Part shown: positions 46,127 through 53,863 of the stretch, piece by piece
How positions within the stretch are numbered: the first letter of the stretch is position 1
How the letters are laid out: each line of letters starts with the position of its first letter
Assembly (NCBI GenBank): GCA_036625705.1
Contig: JAZKTD010000001.1
Span: 1 to 53,863, forward strand
Length of the DNA stretch: 53,863 bases
Direction: 5' to 3'
From: Salinivenus sp.
GTDB lineage: Bacteria > Bacteroidota > Rhodothermia > Rhodothermales > Salinibacteraceae
Program-made: the position numbers and the translations under genes
The notes under the pieces: generated by a model
The model's database searches: none
Told to the model about the DNA's origin: nothing
Seen by the model: the letters and a program-made list of their open reading frames with translations, nothing else

Positions 46127-47959
46127 ATGCGTCTCCGCGTTCTTCTCCTCACGGCGTTGGGGCTCGGGGGACTCCTGCTTGCGGGCTGTACCGGGGCCTC
46201 GCGCACCACGGATGAAGGGCCGCCGTCCCTGCCCGAGGACTACCACCGCGTGGTGCGTCCGTCCTTTCCCGTCCTGAACGCGTCGGGCACGCCCTACGGC
46301 AATCCCTTCTACGGCGGCTTCAACACCCCACGGCCCCAGTTCGTCGACATCGACGGGGACGGGGACGACGACCTCTTCGTGCAGGAGCAATCCGACCGGC
46401 TCGCCTTCTTCGAGCACGTGACCGAGGGGGACTCCGCCCGCCTCGTCTGGCGCACCGACGACTACCGGGGCCTCTCGGTCGGGGAGTGGTTTCGGTTCGC
46501 GGACCTCGACCAGGACAGCATCCCGGACCTCCTCGCCGAGCAGCCCTACAGCCATCTCCGGGCCTACCGCAACGTCGGCACCGCCACGGCCCCGCGCTTC
46601 GAGCTCTTTGCCGACACGATGCGGACCCCGAGCGGCGAGGCCATCTTTTCCGATCGGCAAAACATCCCCAACGTCACCGACGTCGACTGCGACGGGCGGC
46701 TGGATCTCTTCCTGGGGCGGCTCGACGGCACAATCACCCGCTACGAGGCGGCGGCCGACTCGGCGGGCATGCCCCAGTTCGCCCACGTGACCGACAACTT
46801 TGAGGGTATCGAGATCGTGAACCAGCAGATCGGGGTGCGCCACGGCGCCAACACCCTCACGTTCGCCGACATCGACGCCGACGACGACCCGGATCTCTTC
46901 TGGGGCGACTTCTTCGAGCCGGGGCTCCTGCTCATCGAAAATACCGGCGCCTGCGGCAATCCCGTCCTGAGCGGCGAGCCCGAGCCCTTTCCGCCCACCA
47001 ATCCCCTGAAGACCAGCGGCTACAACGCGCCGGCCCTTACCGACTGGACGGGCAACGGCCGCCTCGACCTCTTTATCGGGGTCCTCGGCGGGGCCGACGA
47101 CGCCAACGCCAGCCTGGCCGACAACTTCTACTTCTACGAGCGCCGGGCGGACGGCTATCAGCTCCGCACGCGGCAGTTCGTCGGAGGGCTCGACGTCGGC
47201 AGCGAGAGCAGCGTCGCGGCCGGCGACGTCGACGGCAACGGCACCCCCGACCTGCTGATCGCCAACAAGATCGACCCGAAACAGGGGGCGACCTCGCGCC
47301 TCTACCGCCTCATGAACGCGGACGCCGACCGGGCGCCCCGATACCGGCGGGCCGGCGCGGTCGACCTGCCGTCGGCCTACCACTACGCCCCGGCCCTCGG
47401 GGACCTGACCGGCGACGGCGCGCCCGACCTCGTCGTCGGCACCTGGAAGGGCCGGATCGCCGTGCACCGCAACGAGGGGGACGGCACGTTCACGACGCTC
47501 GACGACGCGATCCTCCAGCGCGACGGACGACACGCCACCCCGGCCCTCGGGGACCTGACCGGTGACGGCACGCTCGACCTCGTCGTCGGCGCGGCCGACG
47601 GGGCGGTCTATCTCTACCGCAACGTCGGCCCCCCCTCGGAGCCGTCCTTCGGCCCGGAGACCGAGCTTCTGCCTCCGAGCGGCGCGCGCTCCCGGAGCGC
47701 CCCCACTCTCCACGACGTGAACCGCGACGGCCTGCTCGACCTGCTCGTGGGCGCCGAGGAGGGCCTCTTCGTTGTGGAGAACACCGGCACCCCCTCGGCC
47801 CCTGCCTTCGACGGCGAGCCGACGCCCGTATCGCTGGAGGGCGTGCCGCGGCTTGCGACCCCGGCCGTCGTGGACCTCGACGGCGACGGCGCGGACGATC
47901 TCGTATCGGGGGGCGAGCGGGGCGGGCTCGTGCTGTTTCAGCCCGACCCGGCGCGGTAG
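46127..47959 (+). CDS. FG-GAP/VCBS-repeat lipoprotein
   Basis: Lipobox LAGC; about 10 DxDGDGxxDL calcium-blade motifs. Confidence 0.88.
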   Translation: MRLRVLLLTALGLGGLLLAGCTGASRTTDEGPPSLPEDYHRVVRPSFPVLNASGTPYGNPFYGGFNTPRPQFVDIDGDGDDDLFVQEQSDRLAFFEHVTEGDSARLVWRTDDYRGLSVGEWFRFADLDQDSIPDLLAEQPYSHLRAYRNVGTATAPRFELFADTMRTPSGEAIFSDRQNIPNVTDVDCDGRLDLFLGRLDGTITRYEAAADSAGMPQFAHVTDNFEGIEIVNQQIGVRHGANTLTFADIDADDDPDLFWGDFFEPGLLLIENTGACGNPVLSGEPEPFPPTNPLKTSGYNAPALTDWTGNGRLDLFIGVLGGADDANASLADNFYFYERRADGYQLRTRQFVGGLDVGSESSVAAGDVDGNGTPDLLIANKIDPKQGATSRLYRLMNADADRAPRYRRAGAVDLPSAYHYAPALGDLTGDGAPDLVVGTWKGRIAVHRNEGDGTFTTLDDAILQRDGRHATPALGDLTGDGTLDLVVGAADGAVYLYRNVGPPSEPSFGPETELLPPSGARSRSAPTLHDVNRDGLLDLLVGAEEGLFVVENTGTPSAPAFDGEPTPVSLEGVPRLATPAVVDLDGDGADDLVSGGERGGLVLFQPDPAR

Positions 47960-48008
47960 GACACGTGTCGCGCACAGCGGCAACGAGGACGAGGCCGCAC
48001 GGCAGACG

Positions 48009-48407
48009 CTACCAGAGCCCCTGCACGAACGCCCGGATTCGGGACGCCAGCGACGGACAGGACTCGCTAGACGGGGTTGCCTCCGACGCTGAGCGATCCG
48101 GGATGGAGGACGCGTCGAGCGCGCGGTTCAGGGCCTTCAGGTTTCTGCGCAGCCGATCGGCCAGCCGATCGCGCGTGGCCTCCGAGAGAGCGCTGTAGCC
48201 CCCGGTACAGAGCGACTCCAGCGCGCGCCGGTGATGGGTCCGTGCCCGCCGGAGCGCCGTCGAAGAGCATTGCCGGAGACGCTCCACGGCCTCCTCGAGG
48301 TCGTCGACCGGGCCGTCAATCGGCATTCGGACTGCGGAGAATCGATGGGCGGCGGCGTCCGCCGACGAGCGGCCGGAGTCCGACGGGGAGGTATCGGTGG
48401 AGGTCAT
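48009..48407 (-). CDS. Hypothetical helical protein
   Basis: 132-aa ORF convergent on the FG-GAP gene; no recognisable motif. Confidence 0.5.
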   Translation of the reverse strand: MTSTDTSPSDSGRSSADAAAHRFSAVRMPIDGPVDDLEEAVERLRQCSSTALRRARTHHRRALESLCTGGYSALSEATRDRLADRLRRNLKALNRALDASSIPDRSASEATPSSESCPSLASRIRAFVQGLW

Positions 48408-48704
48408 CGACGGTAGGCGTTTGTGGAGAAAAACCGGAGCCGACTCTCGATTCCGGGAGAATCTCTGTCTCGGAACCGCTTCCATAAACGCGCCCGGGTC
48501 CCAAAATTTTTCAGGAGACGGTTAATTCTCCGCGACGTTCATCGGAAGAATTGGCGCGCCTCGTCGCGATTCGCAGCGGGGACGGCGATGTTACTTTCGG
48601 CCGCGGCCCAGGCGTGATGACGCGGCTCCGCCGATCCGTAGAACCACGTGCGGACGACGGTGGTTTAGTTTAAGCTGTCTTTAGACCCGATTCTCGGTGG
48701 CGTC

Positions 48705-49313
48705 ATGCTTCGTACGGTCCCACTTGCGCTGGTCGGTCTGCTCGGGGGGAGCCTGGTCCTCGGCGCGTGCTCGAGTTCGGAGTCGGCGCGCCCCCGGTCG
48801 GAGAGCATTGTGCCGTCCCCGGATGTATCGGCCATTGAGCCTCCCGAGCCCACCAAGGAGACCGGCCCGCCTTCGGATGCCGTTTCACAGGTCATTCAGG
48901 ACGCCCTGCGGTCGGACGGGAGCCTCACCTACGAGACGCTCCTCCGCCGGCTCGGGGCCCCGCGGACGATTCAGACCGAGCCGGTGCCCAACCGGTACGT
49001 GCAGGGACAGACCGATACGCTGCGCACCCTCGTCTACACCGGCATGGAGGCGCTGGTGTACGACGTCACGAGCGATCCGAAGACGTTTCTGGTGCGGCTG
49101 TCTCTCTCCAGCACGCAGTACACAACGCCCGAGGGGGTGCGCGTCGGGCTTCGTGAGGAGCGCCTCCTCGAGCAGCTCGGCCCGCCGACCCGCCGCAACG
49201 ACTCGCGGGGCGAGTGGATCTACCAGGAGTCCGGGCCCACGCCGACCTCGATGGTGGTGCGCGTGCGGGACGGCCGGGTCGTCCAGATCGACTGGGAGTT
49301 CTACTTCGCCTGA
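48705..49313 (+). CDS. Hypothetical lipoprotein
   Basis: Lipobox LGAC; two LG.P repeats and EGVRVG, reminiscent of a BLIP/SmpA-like fold. Confidence 0.75.
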   Translation: MLRTVPLALVGLLGGSLVLGACSSSESARPRSESIVPSPDVSAIEPPEPTKETGPPSDAVSQVIQDALRSDGSLTYETLLRRLGAPRTIQTEPVPNRYVQGQTDTLRTLVYTGMEALVYDVTSDPKTFLVRLSLSSTQYTTPEGVRVGLREERLLEQLGPPTRRNDSRGEWIYQESGPTPTSMVVRVRDGRVVQIDWEFYFA

Positions 49314-49589
49314 CCGGCGGCGCAGAAGCCGGGCGGCCCCCTGGACGATGCTTTCGGTGCCGGGGGGCGTGACGGTCGGATCGTAGTCGGAGGAGAAGCC
49401 CGGCGTCCTCGCCCGTACAGGGGCCCCGCCCGTGATCGGGCCGATGAAACGAACGAGGGCGGTAGAGGCGCCCGAGTCTCGGGCTGAAGCCCCCAATGCT
49501 GGCAGATCCCCACGCGCAACTCGCCGGTCCGGTGTCGGTTTGGGCCTCCGCTGGCACACATAGTATCCACAGTACCTCCCCCACCGCCT

Positions 49590-52364
49590 ATGGAGCCCAA
49601 CGAAGTTCCCGACGTCCCCGAAGATGCGCCCCGCCCGTCGGAGACCGGCGGGCAGTTCGACCTCGTTTCCGACTTCGAGCCGATGGGCGACCAGCCGCAG
49701 GCCATCAACGAGCTGGTCGACGGCATCGAGCGGGGCGACGCGCACCAGACACTCCTGGGGGCCACCGGCACCGGCAAAAGCCTTGGGTACGACGATCCGG
49801 TGTACCTCACCGCACATCGGGGCGACGACGCCGAGACGATGGTGAAGCCCATCGGAGCCGTCGTTGATGACCTGATGGACACGTACGGAGCGTCACGCCA
49901 GGGAGAGACAGAAGAGACGGTTCTACCCGAGGGGACCTATTCGACCCTCGCGTTCGACGCCGAGTCGGGCAGCGTAGCGGAAACGCCGGTTCGAGCCGTG
50001 ACGCGGCACGCCGCGCCCGACCGCATGTACCGGGTGACGACCGAATGCGGTCGCGCGGCCACCATGACCGGGGACCACAACCTGTGGGTGCTCCGAGACG
50101 GAGAGCTCCAACTCATCGACACGGCGGACGCGCGGCCGACGGACGCTCTTCCCGTACCGACCTCATTTCCGGCAGGTGTATGCGGACCTGCCTCTCCCTT
50201 CTGGGAAACGCCTTCCGTGGATGCCGAGGTAGAATCGACGAAACTGTCGCCGACGGGCGGCGAAATACAATCAACGAGGACCGCACGCAGCGTCGCTACC
50301 ACAGCCCAGAGTACTGCGGAAGAGATAGACTGGGTCCCTATCGCGTCTGTGGAGGAGATCGAATACGACCGCCCCCACGTCTACGACCTGAGTGTGCCGG
50401 GGCCGGAGACGTTCCTGGCCGGAGAGGGCGGGGTCTTCGTCCACAACACGTTCACCGTGGCGAACGCCATCGAGGAGGTGAATAAGCCCACCCTCGTGAT
50501 GAGCCACAACAAGACGCTGGCGGCCCAGCTCTACGGGGAGCTGAAGCAGTTTTTCCCCGACAACGCCGTCGAGTACTTTATCTCGTACTACGACTACTAC
50601 CAGCCGGAGTCCTACATCGTCCCGAACGACACCTATATCGAGAAGGACGTGGCCATCAACGACCGCATCGAGCGGCTCCGGCTGCGGGCCACCTCCGAGC
50701 TGGTGAGTGGGCGCGACGACGTTATTGTCGTGGCGAGCGTCTCCTGCATCTACGGCCTCGGCTCCCCGGCGGAGTTCCGGAAAGAAATCGTGCCCCTCGA
50801 GCGCGGCCAGGAGGTGGAGCGCAACGACCTGCTGCGCCGCTTCATCGACCTCTTCTACGAGCGCAACGACATCGAATTCGAGCCCGGCACGTTTCGGGTG
50901 CGCGGCGACGTGGTCGACATCTTTCCCGCCTACCGCGAGGAGAAGGCCCTCCGCATCGAGTTCTGGGGCGACGAGATCGACCGGATGGCGCTCTTCCAGC
51001 CCGAGAGCGGCCGCGAGCTGGAAGAGATCGACACGTTTACGCTCTACCCGGCCCAGATCTTCGTCACGCCCGAGGACCGGCTCGAGGCCGCCATCGAAAA
51101 CATCAAGGAGGAGCTGCGCTGGCGCCTCGCCGTGCTCCGGGAGGAGGGCAAGATGGTAGAGGCCCAGCGCCTGGAGCAGCGCACCATGTTCGACCTCGAG
51201 ATGATGCAGGAGGTCGGCTACTGCTCCGGCATCGAGAACTACAGCCGCCACCTCACGGGACGGGAGCCGGGCGAGCGGCCCTACTGCCTCCTCGACTACT
51301 TCCCCGACGACTTCCTGCTGGTGGTCGACGAGAGCCACGTGACCATTCCGCAGGTGCGGGCCATGTACAACGGCGATAGAGCCCGCAAGCTGAAGCTCGT
51401 GGAGCACGGCTTCCGCCTGCCCTCGGCCCTCGACAACCGGCCGCTCACGTTCGAGGAGTTTGAGGAGCTGACGCCGCAGACGATCTACATGAGCGCCACG
51501 CCCGCCGACTACGAGCTCGAGCAGAGCGGCGGCGTGTTCGTCGAGCAGGTGGTGCGGCCCACCGGCATTCCGGACCCGGAGATCGAGGTGCGCCCGACGG
51601 GAAACCAGGTCGACGACCTGATGGAGGAGATCCGCAAGCGGGCCGAGAAGGGGGAGCGGGTGCTCGTGACGACCCTCACGAAGCGGATGACGGAGGACCT
51701 GGCCGACTACCTCGACAGCTACGGCGTCGACGTGCGCTGGATGCACTCCGACATCGACGCCCTCGAGCGGGTCGACATCATCCGCGGCCTGCGCCTCGGG
51801 GAGTACGACGTGCTGGTGGGCGTGAACCTGCTGCGGGAGGGGCTCGACCTGCCGGAGGTCTCGCTCGTCGCCATCCTCGACGCCGACCAGCAGGGCTTCC
51901 TGCGCTCGGAGACCTCCCTCATCCAGACCGCCGGCCGGGCGGCCCGCAACGTGAACGGCACCGTCATCCTCTACGCCGACGAGATCACGGAGGCGATGGA
52001 GAAGATGATGGCCGAGACGGAGCGCCGCCGCGAGCGGCAGCTCGCGTACAACGAGGAACACGACGTGACGCCCGAGCCGATCCGGAAGTCGCCCGACGAG
52101 ATCAAGATGGGCACCGCCATCGCCGACGAGAAGTCCGACGACGAGGGCAGCGACCGGAAGCACTACGGCAGCCCGGACCAGCTCTCCTCGGAGGTGGCCG
52201 ACCCGGTGGTCGAGTACCTCTCCGACGACCAGAAGCGGGACCTGATCGAGCAGATGACGGAGGAGATGGAGGAGGCCGCCGAGAACCTCGAGTTCGAGCG
52301 CGCCGCCGAGCTGCGCGACAGCATCGAGGAGCTCAAGGAGCAGCTGGAGGGGGACGACGGGTAG
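49590..52364 (+). CDS. uvrB: Excinuclease ABC subunit B, intein-containing precursor
   Basis: [50 protein letters not shown]-terminal FERAAELRD (UVR domain). Confidence 0.97.
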   Translation: MEPNEVPDVPEDAPRPSETGGQFDLVSDFEPMGDQPQAINELVDGIERGDAHQTLLGATGTGKSLGYDDPVYLTAHRGDDAETMVKPIGAVVDDLMDTYGASRQGETEETVLPEGTYSTLAFDAESGSVAETPVRAVTRHAAPDRMYRVTTECGRAATMTGDHNLWVLRDGELQLIDTADARPTDALPVPTSFPAGVCGPASPFWETPSVDAEVESTKLSPTGGEIQSTRTARSVATTAQSTAEEIDWVPIASVEEIEYDRPHVYDLSVPGPETFLAGEGGVFVHNTFTVANAIEEVNKPTLVMSHNKTLAAQLYGELKQFFPDNAVEYFISYYDYYQPESYIVPNDTYIEKDVAINDRIERLRLRATSELVSGRDDVIVVASVSCIYGLGSPAEFRKEIVPLERGQEVERNDLLRRFIDLFYERNDIEFEPGTFRVRGDVVDIFPAYREEKALRIEFWGDEIDRMALFQPESGRELEEIDTFTLYPAQIFVTPEDRLEAAIENIKEELRWRLAVLREEGKMVEAQRLEQRTMFDLEMMQEVGYCSGIENYSRHLTGREPGERPYCLLDYFPDDFLLVVDESHVTIPQVRAMYNGDRARKLKLVEHGFRLPSALDNRPLTFEEFEELTPQTIYMSATPADYELEQSGGVFVEQVVRPTGIPDPEIEVRPTGNQVDDLMEEIRKRAEKGERVLVTTLTKRMTEDLADYLDSYGVDVRWMHSDIDALERVDIIRGLRLGEYDVLVGVNLLREGLDLPEVSLVAILDADQQGFLRSETSLIQTAGRAARNVNGTVILYADEITEAMEKMMAETERRRERQLAYNEEHDVTPEPIRKSPDEIKMGTAIADEKSDDEGSDRKHYGSPDQLSSEVADPVVEYLSDDQKRDLIEQMTEEMEEAAENLEFERAAELRDSIEELKEQLEGDDG
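49779..50447 (+). mobile_element. Mini-intein (223 aa) in the UvrB Walker A motif
   Basis: GTGK|SLGYDDPV...[10 protein letters not shown] (block B TxxH)...VYDLSV..ETFLA (block F)...VFVHN|TFT; removing it restores GATGTGKTFT; no LAGLIDADG motifs seen. Confidence 0.93.
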
Positions 52365-52410
52365 CGCACGGAGGCGCGATCCGGTCGATGACGACGGGGC
52401 GCCCCGCTCC

Positions 52411-53067
52411 TCATTCCGCTTCGCTGAGCAGGCTCACCACTGCGGAGTGGCCTCCGTTTGCCGCGAAGGTCCGGGCGGTCTCGCCGTCCCGGTCCGTCAG
52501 CGTCGGGTCGGCCCCGTGCTCGAGGAGATGCCGGGCCACCTCCCGGTTTCCCTCCGCCGCCGCAAACATCAGCGGCGACCATCCCTCGGCCTTGTCGGTG
52601 GCGTTCGGGGCCGCGCCCTGTTTGAGAAGGAGAGACACGGTTTCCGGGAACGGACCGGTGGCCGCAAACATGAGGGCGGTCCGCCCCTCCCGGTTGCGCG
52701 CGTCGATCGGCGCGCCCCGACCGAGCAGAAACTCGACCACTGCCGTGTGGCCGTTGTAGGCGGCGAGCATGAGGGGGGTGTTCCCTCGCTGGTCCGAGGC
52801 GCCCGCGTCGAGGCCTGCTTCCGTCACGGCCCGTCGGACGCGGTCCCTCTTCCCGTTCCGCGCTGCCTGGATCAGGGCCCGAACGGACACTTGGGGCGAC
52901 GAGGAGGTGTCGTCGTCCGCCGAGCGGGCGGTTTGCTCCGGGGCCGCCGAGGAAGATTCGGGCGAAGAGGGCCCGTCCCCTTCGCTCTGACAGCCGGCGA
53001 GAAGCAGCGTCGCGGCGGGCAGGGCCGCGAGCAGCACCAGAGCGCGTGCAGAGGCAAGCCGTATCAT
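52411..53067 (-). CDS. Ankyrin-repeat lipoprotein
   Basis: Lipobox LAGC; GNTPLMLAA, GRTALMFAA, GWSPLMFAA, GETARTFAA repeats. Confidence 0.9.
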   Translation of the reverse strand: MIRLASARALVLLAALPAATLLLAGCQSEGDGPSSPESSSAAPEQTARSADDDTSSSPQVSVRALIQAARNGKRDRVRRAVTEAGLDAGASDQRGNTPLMLAAYNGHTAVVEFLLGRGAPIDARNREGRTALMFAATGPFPETVSLLLKQGAAPNATDKAEGWSPLMFAAAEGNREVARHLLEHGADPTLTDRDGETARTFAANGGHSAVVSLLSEAE

Positions 53068-53863
53068 CGGGGCGTCGAGTTGAGAAGGGAGATCCGCCGT
53101 GTCATCCCGGGGACCGGAAAGGGGCGACCGCTTACCTGTTCGTACTGCCGCTGTTTCCGGGCTGTCCGCCCTCTCCGCCCGCTCGACGGATGCGTTGGGG
53201 GAGGGAGACTTCAATCGCCCTGTGCCGGATCCGGAGGGAAGGGCGCAATGGGACGAGAAGGACGATCCGTCGGAATTGGGCTTGCTGGACTCGTCGGCGG
53301 TTTCTTCCTCACAGCGGTGTACTTCTACTGGGAGGCCCACTGACTCCTCCGTGAGCGGACGGATGAGGCCGCCCCCGACAGTCTCGTGGAGATGGGCGTC
53401 TCGGGTTCGCCGGACAGGCAAAGGCGCTTGCGAGAGACGTCGGCCGTACGCTCAGAGGCTCCTACGAGGCATTCGATCGGGTCTGCGAGGTCGAGGTGGA
53501 GTTTGCAGACTCCTCGGCGGTCTGGTTCCCCGCCTCCTCGATTGTGCTCCACGAGGGCGAGCTCGGGGCGCTGCGGGCGGCCAAGGACCCAAGGACGTAC
53601 GGGAGCGCAGACGCCGCCGCCGATCAAGGCCCCGATGCCGTGAATCCATCGCCGGGGAGGACTTTCGGGCCGGACCCAGTCGGAGAGCGTGCTCATGCCG
53701 GTCGAAGGATTGGGGGAGTGCGGCGGTGAGAAGAGACGTCGGCGGGCGGGAGGCCGGCCTCGGCATGCCGCCAGGGCGCAGCCCGAGGACGAGGGAAAGA
53801 AGCCCGACGAGGAGAGATCGGGTCATGGGCGCGAGGGGGAGTCGTCGGGCCCGGTCGTGGACC

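Noticed and set aside
49551-49572. LexA box upstream of uvrB
   Set aside because: CTG...CAG spacing is 16 nt, not the canonical 10.
53452-53826. 124-aa minus-strand ORF with a hydrophobic start
   Set aside because: Becomes Arg/Pro-rich low-complexity sequence after about 16 residues; no support as a real gene.

Overview
High-GC chromosomal segment with acidic proteins and a SusC/SusD pair, most consistent with a Salinibacter-like halophilic member of Rhodothermota (inferred from sequence character, not a database hit). Most of the window is housekeeping: rodA, mrdA, pyrD, a long-chain acyl-CoA ligase, tRNA-Pro(CGG), thrC, adenine deaminase, ppx/gppA, prmA, ubiE/menG, pfkA, aat, a biotin carrier, a PCuAC-SCO-DUF411 copper cluster, tsaB, accD, an M20 amidohydrolase, a Kef-type antiporter and uvrB. 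The main points of interest are: (1) a 37.2-48.0 kb SusC/SusD locus with no glycan-degrading enzyme, carrying three secreted beta-propeller proteins, an upstream 11-bp-period direct repeat, and a frameshifted gamma-glutamyltransferase C-terminus hidden in its intergenic gap, which hints at a peptide or gamma-glutamyl uptake system; (2) a 223-aa Ser-initiated mini-intein splitting the Walker A motif of UvrB; (3) a POTRA-less peptidase-propeller-Omp85 fusion; (4) non-coding elements: a TA-flanked MITE-like inverted repeat, heptamer/octamer tandem arrays, and a TetR-type palindrome before a ferritin-like gene. Start codons were chosen by eye and family assignments come from recognised motifs, not searches.
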